Shown here piece by piece: positions 54,539-63,013 of a stretch of 64,000 nt of DNA. The position numbers and the translations under genes were made by a program. Source of the stretch: an uncultured Actinomycetes bacterium (lineage in GTDB: Bacteria > Actinomycetota > Thermoleophilia > Solirubrobacterales > 70-9). Numbering within the stretch: position 1 is the first letter of the stretch; the number at the start of each line of letters is the position of its first letter. The notes below the pieces were generated by a model, which was not told the origin of the DNA, did no database searches, and was given only the letters and a program-made list of their open reading frames with translations. The DNA lies in assembly GCA_963800355.1 (NCBI GenBank), contig CAWDAP010000002.1, positions 2,608 to 66,607 on the forward strand, written 5' to 3'.

Positions 54539-54705
54539 GCGCTGGACCCAATTTACCGTAGCCCCAGCCCGCGACCGTCCCCCGCCTACCCCCCGGCGGC
54601 GCTCATCGGGCTGAGCTGCAGCCCGAGGAAGGTAGCCCGACGCCGACCGCCGGCTGAGTTCAAACCGGACAGACTCGACAGTCTCCCCGGTGGTGAGAAG
54701 GACCC

Positions 54706-55122
54706 TCAGAGTGCGCTCAGCAGCTCGACATCTCTGCCGCCGGCGAGTGTGCTGATGCCGCCGTCGAAGGTGACGAGCCGCATCCCGGATCGGCGGGCGA
54801 GAGTGAGCAGATGCGCGTCGGTCACCTGCCGATATCCGGCGACCTCGGGCACGTCGGGGTCGACGATCGAGAAGTCGTCGGCGAGGAAGCGGTGGCCGTC
54901 GAGGGCGCGGAGCGAGGTGAGGACGCCGCGGGCGGCGCCGATCCCGATCGCGCTCGGCAGCGCCTTGGGGTTGGAGGAGACGCGGACAAAGCCGCTCTCG
55001 GTGACTGGGCAGGTCGCCCATCCGCTCGATGACTCGGCGGCGAACCATTCGCGCATCGCGGCGTGGTGGACGTGAGAGTCCCAGGCCAGGGCGACCAGAG
55101 CGTTGACGTCGAGCAGGGCCAC
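54706..55122 (-). CDS. vapC: type II toxin VapC (PIN domain)
   Basis: MALLDVNALVAL...TESGFVRV....QVTDAHLLTLA...LVTFD. Confidence 0.85.
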   Translation of the reverse strand: MALLDVNALVALAWDSHVHHAAMREWFAAESSSGWATCPVTESGFVRVSSNPKALPSAIGIGAARGVLTSLRALDGHRFLADDFSIVDPDVPEVAGYRQVTDAHLLTLARRSGMRLVTFDGGISTLAGGRDVELLSAL

Positions 55123-55131
55123 TACGGGCCG

Positions 55132-55353
55132 TCAGTCTTCTTCGAGCCCGCGGCGAACCATCTCCGGGGTGATCGGCGGCGTTCCCTCGGGGACGCGGAT
55201 CACCGGCAGGCCGCCGGCGACCTCGACCCGGGCCGGGGTCAGTCCCCGGCGGGCGAGCTCGGAGATCACCGCGCCCAGGGAGCGATGCTCCTCAGAGGCA
55301 AGCTCGCGGGCGGCAGCCGCCACATCGTCGTCGATGTTCAGCGTGGTTCGCAC
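55132..55353 (-). CDS. vapB: type II antitoxin VapB
   Basis: MRTTLNIDDDV...A.ELA......SLG.VISELARRGL. It sits 9 nt upstream of vapC. Confidence 0.8.
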   Translation of the reverse strand: MRTTLNIDDDVAAAARELASEEHRSLGAVISELARRGLTPARVEVAGGLPVIRVPEGTPPITPEMVRRGLEED

Positions 55354-55360
55354 CGGAGTG

Positions 55361-56077
55361 ATGCTACCGCATCAAAGCACCATGCTACCTCCCGCCCTCC
55401 CGTTCGCTCTCGCCGATGCCGAGAGCGTCGTAAACGTCGGCGCCGGGGCGGGCTCCTATGAGCCCGCACACCGCGAAGTCGTCGCGGTCGAGCCATCCCG
55501 GGAGATGATCGCCCAGCGGGGACCGAGCGCAGCGCAAGCGATCTGCGCCTCGGCCGAACGCCTGCCGCTGCCCGACGATGCCGTGGATGCGGCAATGACC
55601 GTCCTCTCGATCCATCACTGGGACGATCCCGCACGCGGGGTAGCTGAGATGCGCCGTGTCGCCCGCCGGCGCATCGTCGTGCTGACCTATGACCCCGGCT
55701 ATGTCCTGCGCTGGTGGCTCGGCGACTACGCCCCCCAGATCGCCACCGACGATGCCGAGCGCTTCCCGCCACTCGACGCCCTGCTCGACTGGCTCGGCGG
55801 CGGATCGGTGGAGGGGGTCGACGTTCCGGCCGACTGCACCGATCTATTCCTCGGAGCGCTGTGGGCTCGGCCTGAGCTGGTACTCGCGGACGATATTCGG
55901 GCTTCGACTTCGGGCTTTGCGCGAATGGACGCTGCGCAGGAGCGATCAGCGATCGCCAAGCTTCGGGCCGACCTCGACAGCGGCGCCTGGGACGAGCGGC
56001 ATGGGCATCTTCGCGACACCGACGAGCTCGACGTAGGGCTGCGGCTGGTCGTCTGCGAGCTCGAACCGAGCGATTGA
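55361..56077 (+). CDS. class I SAM-dependent methyltransferase
   Basis: Motif I VVNVGAGAGSY and motif post-II/III (DAVDAAMTVLSIHHW). An ATG at 55382 is an alternative start. Confidence 0.7.
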   Translation: MLPHQSTMLPPALPFALADAESVVNVGAGAGSYEPAHREVVAVEPSREMIAQRGPSAAQAICASAERLPLPDDAVDAAMTVLSIHHWDDPARGVAEMRRVARRRIVVLTYDPGYVLRWWLGDYAPQIATDDAERFPPLDALLDWLGGGSVEGVDVPADCTDLFLGALWARPELVLADDIRASTSGFARMDAAQERSAIAKLRADLDSGAWDERHGHLRDTDELDVGLRLVVCELEPSD

Positions 56078-56096
56078 GCGTGACCTACCGAGACTC

Positions 56097-56699
56097 CTAC
56101 CTCTGCGGCGACACCTGCTGAGGAATCGAAACGGCGAGCCCCCACAGCGCGTAGACGATCGCGATGCCGATCAGCAGGAACTTGAGGCTCGCGCAGGCCG
56201 TGGCGAAGGGCGGGCCGATGTCCCCGCCGTGGCCGTCGAGGACGAGGAGCCACACGATGTTTTCGGCTGCATCGAAGACTGCTGCGGCGATCGCGCAGTA
56301 AGGCGCCGCCACCCCGGCCAGCGCGAGTGCTCTGTGACCGTGCTCTCCGGCGAAGTCGCGAGTGGCGAACCCGGCCAGCGCGAAGAAGGTCCCGTAGCTC
56401 AGCATGAAGCCGAAGTCGATCCAGAGCGAGAGCCGGGCCAGGTTGCGACCGTGACCTCCCCATTCGGCCATGATCTGGTGGGCGCGGGTGGCGCTGCCGG
56501 CGAACTCGAGCCCCAGAATCGAGGGTCCGCCGGTCGCTTCAAGGCGCTGGTCGATCAAGAGGAGGACGATGTCGAACACGACGACAGCGATGCCGAAGCC
56601 GACGAGCAGTCGCTTCCGACTGATGGGGAGCCGCTCGAGTCGAGGGCTTTGAGCGGGGGATCGAGTGACCGACACGAATGGCCGAAGGTATCTGCTCAT
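56097..56699 (-). CDS. integral membrane hypothetical protein
   Basis: 4-5 hydrophobic segments. I chose the start at ATG 56699 (MSRYLRP). Confidence 0.45.
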   Translation of the reverse strand: MSRYLRPFVSVTRSPAQSPRLERLPISRKRLLVGFGIAVVVFDIVLLLIDQRLEATGGPSILGLEFAGSATRAHQIMAEWGGHGRNLARLSLWIDFGFMLSYGTFFALAGFATRDFAGEHGHRALALAGVAAPYCAIAAAVFDAAENIVWLLVLDGHGGDIGPPFATACASLKFLLIGIAIVYALWGLAVSIPQQVSPQR

Positions 56700-57141
56700 C
56701 TTCGATTGCGACGGCGTCCTCGTCGACAGCGAACCGGCTCGATCTGATCGGAGTCGGACTGTGGTTTTCCCGGATGCGGGGGCCTGGCCGGGCTGGAAGG
56801 TTGAGCGCATGGCCAGTCAGAGACGCCCAGGCGTCGCCGTGCCGGAGGTGGTCAAGGGGCCGTTGCGTCCCTGGTCGCGACAGACGGTCGAGCGAATCCG
56901 GGAGGCGCAGTTGCGGCTGGAGGGGTCGGCTCGGGAGTTGCGGCGGAAGGCCGCCGGTGCCCGTCGCTCGAGCTAGCGGAGGTCAGGGAAGCTCCGAGTC
57001 CGCGGCAATAACGGCGAGGAACGCGAGTGGCTGGTCGATCGAGAAGCGGCCGTGTTGAAACGCCCATGTCTCTCGGCAGCAACGGCGTCTTATACGTAGG
57101 TGCGGGCAGCGAGACTCCACCCCTGCGCGACGAAAGCGGGA

Positions 57142-57339
57142 CTACTCCGCAAGGCTCTCGATGACGGCAAGGTCCTCTTCCACTCGCTTCTTAAGCCGCT
57201 GCTGGAAATCTTTGTCGGCGCGGCGGCAGGCGATGTACCGGTAGATGGACGCGCGGATCGCCTCTGCCACCGATACCCCTTCGACACGGGCGATGCCATC
57301 GATTTCGGCCGCAAGCTCCGCGGGCAGGCGGAGGCTCAT
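57142..57339 (-). CDS. ribbon-helix-helix (CopG/Arc-like) protein
   Basis: MSLRLPAELAAEIDGIARVEGVSVAEAIRASIYRYI. Confidence 0.5.
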   Translation of the reverse strand: MSLRLPAELAAEIDGIARVEGVSVAEAIRASIYRYIACRRADKDFQQRLKKRVEEDLAVIESLAE

Positions 57340-57752
57340 AACCTTCGTCCTCGACGCTGCCGGACCGCCGTTCATGGCGCTCTCCCGCTCTCAGGCAACT
57401 CGGCCTCCTCGGTTCGCGCGACCAGCGTCGACCGTTGCACCCCGAGCTCCTGGCAGAGCCCGGTCAGCGCCGTCCAGGGGTCAGGTTGCGCCCGGCGCTG
57501 AGTCGCAGGGTCGTGACCTTGATCGGCTCCAATGCGGGCCGGTCGGCGATGCTCACGAGCCATTGCGGCCCTCGCGGAGTTCGCAAATGACGTAGACCGG
57601 CGCCGCAGCCGAACCGTCGACCTCGCCTCGGACCTCACCAGCGTCGCCGCGTAGCGAAACCGAACTGTCCCTTGCGACCGGTTTCGATTCGAATGCGGAG
57701 TCCGAGGAAGGACACCCCCGGCCATTCGCTGCTCGGGCGACCTTGGACCCCA

Positions 57753-57950
57753 CTAGAGCCCCTCAAGGAGCGCTTCGGGAGACACGGCCAGAGCTCGCAT
57801 CAGCTTGACGAGGGTGTCGACCCTCGGGACACGTTTCCCGCTCTCAAGCATCCCGATCGCGGTTCTATGCAAGCCGGCCCTGGTCGCAAGCTCATGCTGG
57901 GAGAGACCTGCCTGCTGTCTGCATCGAGCTAGGTTGTCGGCGAACCTCAT
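57753..57950 (-). CDS. XRE-family helix-turn-helix regulator
   Basis: FADNLARCRQQAGLSQHELATRAGLHRTAIGMLESGKR.P.VDTLVKLMRAL. An alternative start is at 58013. Confidence 0.7.
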   Translation of the reverse strand: MRFADNLARCRQQAGLSQHELATRAGLHRTAIGMLESGKRVPRVDTLVKLMRALAVSPEALLEGL

Positions 57951-57999
57951 TGCCACCGCCTCCTCTGCCTCGGGTCCCTTGGGTACCTGGGCCGCCGCC

Positions 58000-58653
58000 T
58001 CAGTGATCCGCATCGGGGGGCAACTCGAAGAGGAACATCGCGAGGATCGCGGGGATACCTTCTCCCGAGCCATTCATTCGTTCAGCAGCGGCGCTCTGCT
58101 CCTTCAGTGCCTGATCGAGCGCCTTGGCCTGGATAGCGTGCACCGCCCGCCAGCCCTGCTCGTCTAGACAAAGGGGGACGCGGGTAGCCTGCCGATCCGC
58201 GCGTTTGTCGAAATAGCCCGTCTCCAGCGATCTGGCAGCATCGCTCAGCACGTTGTCGATGAGGTGAGCGGAGAAAGCACCGCGGACCTTGGGGTCGAGC
58301 TTCAGCCAGTCGTCGTTGCTGACCATAGGGCGCTCGAGGGCCTTGTAGAAATGCTGGACTGCTCCCCTAACGTTTTCTTCTTCAATGATCTCGACTAGAC
58401 CCAGCTCGTTGAGTACCCGCACGTGATAGCTGACGTTGCTCAACGGAGTCTCGATCGCATCGGCGATTTCTTTCGGGCTAGCGGTCCTTTCGGTGAGGAT
58501 CTTCAGTGCCTTCACCCGAACCGGATGGTTCAGTGCCTTCACCAGAACCTCCTGGGGCGATTTAGCAGCCCTCCCCCTCTTCCGACTTTGCTTCCTAACC
58601 CGCCGCTTTCGCGATGGCATCCCGTCGCCTCCCTTTCCATTTCCCTGAGCCAT
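58000..58653 (-). CDS. ArsR-like winged-helix protein with about 110-aa C-terminal domain (paralog 1 of 3)
   Basis: LNHPVRVKALKILTERTASPKEIADAIETPLSNVSYHVRVLNELGLVEIIEE..VRGAVQHFY. Confidence 0.65.
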   Translation of the reverse strand: MAQGNGKGGDGMPSRKRRVRKQSRKRGRAAKSPQEVLVKALNHPVRVKALKILTERTASPKEIADAIETPLSNVSYHVRVLNELGLVEIIEEENVRGAVQHFYKALERPMVSNDDWLKLDPKVRGAFSAHLIDNVLSDAARSLETGYFDKRADRQATRVPLCLDEQGWRAVHAIQAKALDQALKEQSAAAERMNGSGEGIPAILAMFLFELPPDADH

Positions 58654-58815
58654 TACTCATCAGGATAAATGGCAAATGACTTGACATTAACTAGTCAGCA
58701 CATACTGCTCGCATCGCGTCTATGGACTGGTCAGGCCTGTGGGCTCATGGACGCACGGGAGACTGTTGGCCACCCCGAGGACCCAGGCGTCCAGTACCTC
58801 GTGTGAACCCACTCC

Positions 58816-59412
58816 TCAGCCACGGCTTGAGCCGTGCGGCGCTTCGAATCCGAGCGCGGAGAAGGTGTAATTCCGTCGCCTCGACCGAGGACTCCGATTG
58901 ACCGACTCCGCCTCAAGAGCGTCAAGTCGCTCGTGCGCGGCTCGTAAGAGACGTACCGCCTTTTGCCAGGCCTCGGCATCAAGGCTCAGTTTGTAGTTTG
59001 CAATAACCCGGTCGACGCGTCGATCAAAAGTGCCCGCTTCTAAGGCCTGCTGCGCGCGAGTAATGGTTTCGCCTACGGCTTTTCGACTGATGCCAACGCG
59101 GGTCGGATAACTCAGGCGCTCCCAATCTCCGTAGTCAAGCAGGACCTTGGTAACGCCCCGGTAAATTCTGGCCGGTATACCTCGGACTGATTTTTCTTCT
59201 ACGAGCTCAATGCAGCCGAGTTCCCGGAGGACTTTGAAGTGGTAGCTGACTACATTGCGAGGTTCGCCGGACTCGCGGGCGAGCTGAGCCGCGCAGGCCT
59301 TTTGCTCATTTAGCCTGGCCAGACACCAAGCACGCAACGGGTGGCCTAGCGCTATCTCAAGCCGGCCGGTCGGACTGGGAATTGCCGCGTCGGCGGCCTT
59401 CGGTTTCTTCAT
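58816..59412 (-). CDS. ArsR-like winged-helix protein (paralog 2 of 3)
   Basis: LGHPLRAWCLARLNE...LARESGEPRNVVSYHFKVLRELGCIELVEE.SVRG..ARIYR...DYGDWERLS. The ATG overlaps the stop of paralog 3 (ATGA). Confidence 0.65.
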   Translation of the reverse strand: MKKPKAADAAIPSPTGRLEIALGHPLRAWCLARLNEQKACAAQLARESGEPRNVVSYHFKVLRELGCIELVEEKSVRGIPARIYRGVTKVLLDYGDWERLSYPTRVGISRKAVGETITRAQQALEAGTFDRRVDRVIANYKLSLDAEAWQKAVRLLRAAHERLDALEAESVNRSPRSRRRNYTFSALGFEAPHGSSRG

Positions 59413-60041
59413 CGCTCGAGCTGAACGGGGGGCCGAGGTTGGGCAGTGGCGGAAGAGGGCGATTCGTAGCCCATAACGGTAATCGTGAAGCGACTCCGCA
59501 GGGCAGGATCTGGCGTCCGTTCAAGCGATTCGGGCTCAAGCTCTTCCAGCCGACGATGAAGCTCGCGGAGAATCTCCACTCCCTCGCGCCAGCCCTCCTC
59601 ATCAAGGCTCGGTTTGTAGTTGGCAGCAATCCGGTCGCTGCGCCGATCGAAGGTTTCGGCTTCAAACGCCTCTTCAACGAGCTCGAGAGTTTCGCCGAGC
59701 GCTTTGACGCTGATTCCAGATCGCGTCTGGAAGCTCAATCTTTCCCAGTCCCCATAGTCCAAAACGACCTTCACCGCAGCCCTATAGATTTTCTCGAACA
59801 CCCCGCGGACGCGTCTTTCCTCGACCAACTCGATACACCCCAGTTCCGCGAGGACCCTGAGGTGGTAGTTCACCTTGTTCCGTGGTTCGCCCGACAGGTG
59901 TGAGAGCTTGGCCCCGGAGGTCTCGCCCTCGTTGAGCTTTGCGAGGCACCAAGCACGCAAGGGGTGACCGAGGGCCACGTCCAGGCCGCCGCTGCGATGT
60001 CGACCGGGTGACTCTCCGGGGTCGTTTTTTCCTCTGGGCAT
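59409..60041 (-). CDS. ArsR-like winged-helix protein (paralog 3 of 3)
   Basis: LGHPLRAWCLAKLNE...LSHLSGEPRNKVNYHLRVLAELGCIELVEE.RVRG...KIYR...DYGDWERLS. I chose ATG 60041 by analogy with its paralogs; the ORF extends to 60200. Confidence 0.6.
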   Translation of the reverse strand: MPRGKNDPGESPGRHRSGGLDVALGHPLRAWCLAKLNEGETSGAKLSHLSGEPRNKVNYHLRVLAELGCIELVEERRVRGVFEKIYRAAVKVVLDYGDWERLSFQTRSGISVKALGETLELVEEAFEAETFDRRSDRIAANYKPSLDEEGWREGVEILRELHRRLEELEPESLERTPDPALRSRFTITVMGYESPSSATAQPRPPVQLER

Positions 60042-60432
60042 CTCAGGATCGCGTTCCGCCAGCCTACTGAAGTCGCCCACAGTACTCAGGTAATCGCGTC
60101 TGCGCAAGGGCCTTTTTGGCGAACCTGTTGACTTGTCAAACGATTTGACGAAACTCACATCGACCCGAGCAACTGAATCGGGGCGATAAGCGGAATACAA
60201 AGGGGGTGAAGACAGATGAAGCTCGCAAACGCGGACGTGACGGTTCCTGCGACCAGCCTCACCAAGATGGGCTAAGGGAGATGCCGGGGGGGCTACTCGC
60301 CGTCTGGCGGATGCCCCCTCGGCAAATGCTCACCGCAGCGGGAAGGCCATGACCCAAGCGTTCGGACCGCAGGTCACGCCAGGGCAGCCGCCGTAGTCCG
60401 AGCTTTTCCAGGAGACATGCAGGTGGGGGTTT

Positions 60433-60640
60433 TCACCGGCATGAGAGGGATCGCCATACCGAGGATAGCCGTTGTAGCCGATGAATCGGGTCGAGATCCT
60501 CGCGGTGGAGGTTCTCCGCCAGCGCCGCCGAGCGGGCGTTGCCGCCGTCGCGGACGTGGACCGGCACGTTGGCGATGCCGGCGAGCTTCGCGGCCACAAG
60601 GCGCCGGTGCCCGGCGACCAGGGTGAGAACGGCAACCTGC
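60433..60640 (-). pseudogene. ParB N-terminal-domain fragment
   Basis: ..LVAGHRRLVAAKLAGIANVPVHVRDGGNARSAALAENLHREDLDPI matches the ParB/Srx core (GERR..Aa...G...vp..v......ENl.RedL.p). It is fused in frame to an unrelated IstB fragment. Confidence 0.45.
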
Positions 60641-60714
60641 ACTGGCCCCAGAGCGGCGGCTTGAACTGGCCCCACCCCATCATGGTTGACGTGTCGGCGC
60701 TCGGCGACCTCGGC

Positions 60715-61061
60715 CTCCAAGAGCGCACCCAGGTAGGCGACGGCGCTCTGCTGCTCGCGCGTGGCCTCCTCGGCCATCGCCCGGAAGCGGCGCTTGAGCG
60801 TGGGGAGCTTCAGCTCGACGGCGTGGGCTTCGATCAGCGCCTCCAGGGCGGCCGTCGAGGCCTTCTTCGCGGCGCTCACCTGACTGCCTCCAGCAGCCGG
60901 TCGTACTCGGCGAGGTCCGGCGGTGGGGCGGCCGTCCTCGCCAGGCGCTCCTCCAGCGGCAAAGATCGGAGCGAACCCAGAGTCATAACCTCGCCCGTCA
61001 CTTCCCCTTCGACGGCTCGTACTCTTAAGCCGTCACGGTATCGCGGAGCACGCAGGACCAA
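60715..61061 (-). mobile_element. IS21-family remnant (IstA C-terminal end plus IstB N-terminal fragment)
   Basis: The IstB-like N-terminus is LEALIEAHAVELKLPTLKRRFRAMAEEATREQQSAVAYLGALLEAEVAERR. It is preceded by an ORF ending ..DLAEYDRLLEAVR with the 4-nt ATGA overlap typical of istA/istB. The ATPase part is missing. Confidence 0.45.
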
Positions 61062-61344
61062 CAGACGCCCTAGGCAGCGTAATGGCCTGCTTTCGATTTC
61101 GAAAGCAATCTGACCGAGGAGGTGTGAGCGATGAAGGTGTTGAACTCAGATTCGACCGTGCCGACGTGCATGACGAAGGCGAACTGATCGGCTGCCACGA
61201 GGGCCGTCCGTGCCGCGGTCCTCTATTTCGCCAGCCGTCGCGCCCTGTTTTAGGTGCTGACCAGGCGCAGAGGCTGGGCGCGTCACCGTGGTAGCGCAGG
61301 CCGCCGGCGTGAACCGGCGGCGGCACGAAGTCGTCGACGTCGGG

Positions 61345-61598
61345 TTACTCTCCCGCCTCCTCCAGGGCCGCGATCGCCTCCTGACCGATCACCGTCTGGT
61401 GCAGGCAGACGTGGTTCAGCACCGAACCGAGCGCGGAGTTCGCGCCCGGCGATTTCGCCGCCACCTCGACCGCCTCGGAGATCGCGATCCCGAGGCTGCC
61501 GGACTCGTGGCTCGCCTGCGAGCGCCGGGCAGGCCCGGCAGCAGGTTGACCCAGCTGGTCGGGATCCGCGACTCGTCGAGCAGGTACTTCGTCCTCAC
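61345..61598 (-). pseudogene. TrpB2-like (tryptophan synthase beta-like PLP enzyme) remnant
   Basis: The N-terminal [24 protein letters not shown] is in one frame. [14 protein letters not shown].....[29 protein letters not shown] is in another frame and then stops. Most of the gene is absent. Confidence 0.45.
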
Positions 61599-61625
61599 CG
61601 GGCGAGCATAGGCCCGGCCCCGCGA

Positions 61626-63005
61626 TCAGGCAACCGCTCGGGACCGGATCACGACCCGGGCCCCGTGCCGCGGGATCATCGTCACGTTGCGGTGCAGCGC
61701 ACGCTCGGGCTCGGGGTCGGTGGCCTCGATGTCCAGGCGCCGGGCCATCGCCTCGAGCACCACGCGCTGCTCGGCCATCGCCAGGGCCGCGCCGAGGCAG
61801 CGGCGGATGCCGCCGCCGAAGGGGAGCCACTCGTAGGTGCCGGGCTTGCGGGCGTCCCAGCGCTCGGGGCGGAACTCGAAGGGCTCGGGGTAGAGGTCCT
61901 CGCGGTGGTGCAGGAGGAGGATGCTGATGAGGACCGGGGTGTCGGCCGGGACCGCGTAGTCGCCGAGCCGCCAGGGCAGCTTGACGCGGCGGCCGACGAT
62001 CGGAACCACCGGCCGCGAGCGCATCGTCTCGGTGATCGTCGCCTCGATCGCCTCCTCCGCCCCGTCGCCGGAGCGGACCGCCTCGACCAGGCGCTCGTGC
62101 GCGTCGGGGGTGCGTACGAGGCGCTCCCAGGCCCAGGCCAGCGAGTTCGCGGTCGTCTCGTGACCGGCCAGGACCAGGGTCACCAGCTCGTCGCGGATTT
62201 CGGCGTCGCTCAGCGGCTCGCCCTCCTCCCCGCGCGCCTGCAGCAGCAGCGAGAGGATGTCGCGCAGCTCGCTCAGGTCCTCGCCGCGCCGCCGCGCGAT
62301 CACGGCGTCCATGCGGCGGTCGATCAGCGCCCGGCCGAGGCGGGTGATCCCGACCGGCTCCTCGCGGCGGACGTTCATCAGCTCGGCGACCTGGGCGATC
62401 GGTTTGGTCGAGAGGTTGACCAGCTGCTTGATCGTCGTCCGCAATCGCCCCTCGGCGCTGCCGGGCGCCGGCCGGCCGTCGATCCCGAAGATGCCGGCCA
62501 TGATCACGTCGAGCGTGATCGCCTGCATCCGCGGCGCCAGCGCCAGCGGCTCGTTCAGCGGCCAGCTCTCGATCTCCCGCTCGGCCGCCTCGGCGATCGC
62601 CGCCGTGTAGTGCTGGATCGCCTCGCCGTGGAACGGCGGCAGCAGCAGCTTGCGCTGGCGCATGTGGCGCTCGCCCAGCGAGGTCAGGACCGAGTCGGGC
62701 CCGACGATCGGCCGCAGCGGCGACTCGGCCGCCAGCGAGGGCGCCTCCTCGGGCTTGGCGGTGAAGAGCGAGCGGACGTCGTCGGGCAGGCTGGTGATGA
62801 CCAGCGGCTGCGGTTCGGGGGTGCGCATCGCGAAGACGTCGCCGAGCCGCCTCCGCGCGCCGAAGACGAACTCGATCTGGCGCTGGTTGAAGCGCAGCAG
62901 CTGCGAGATCCCTCCCATCTGCACGAGCGGCGGCGCCGGCAGGCCGAGCGCCTCCCCGTGGTCGAGCGGACCGCTCGCGCGCGCTTCGGCCTCCGCGACT
63001 CCCAT
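61626..63005 (-). CDS. cytochrome P450
   Basis: Heme loop [15 protein letters not shown]-helix AGHETT, ExxR (ETMR). Confidence 0.85.
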   Translation of the reverse strand: MGVAEAEARASGPLDHGEALGLPAPPLVQMGGISQLLRFNQRQIEFVFGARRRLGDVFAMRTPEPQPLVITSLPDDVRSLFTAKPEEAPSLAAESPLRPIVGPDSVLTSLGERHMRQRKLLLPPFHGEAIQHYTAAIAEAAEREIESWPLNEPLALAPRMQAITLDVIMAGIFGIDGRPAPGSAEGRLRTTIKQLVNLSTKPIAQVAELMNVRREEPVGITRLGRALIDRRMDAVIARRRGEDLSELRDILSLLLQARGEEGEPLSDAEIRDELVTLVLAGHETTANSLAWAWERLVRTPDAHERLVEAVRSGDGAEEAIEATITETMRSRPVVPIVGRRVKLPWRLGDYAVPADTPVLISILLLHHREDLYPEPFEFRPERWDARKPGTYEWLPFGGGIRRCLGAALAMAEQRVVLEAMARRLDIEATDPEPERALHRNVTMIPRHGARVVIRSRAVA

Positions 63006-63013
63006 CGGCCCAG

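Noticed and set aside
57372-57753. ORFs 57372-57725 and 57553-57753 as a partner (toxin) of the RHH gene
   Set aside because: The translations are R/S/A-rich with no coherent domain. A short HTH-like string (LCQELGVQRSTLV) appears in one frame only. This is probably decayed sequence, so I cannot support a gene call.
60217-60276. 19-codon ORF (MKLANADVTVPATSLTKMG) with an SD-like GGGGGTG upstream of the wHTH cluster
   Set aside because: It is too short to evaluate and has no conservation evidence. I noted it only as a possible leader peptide.
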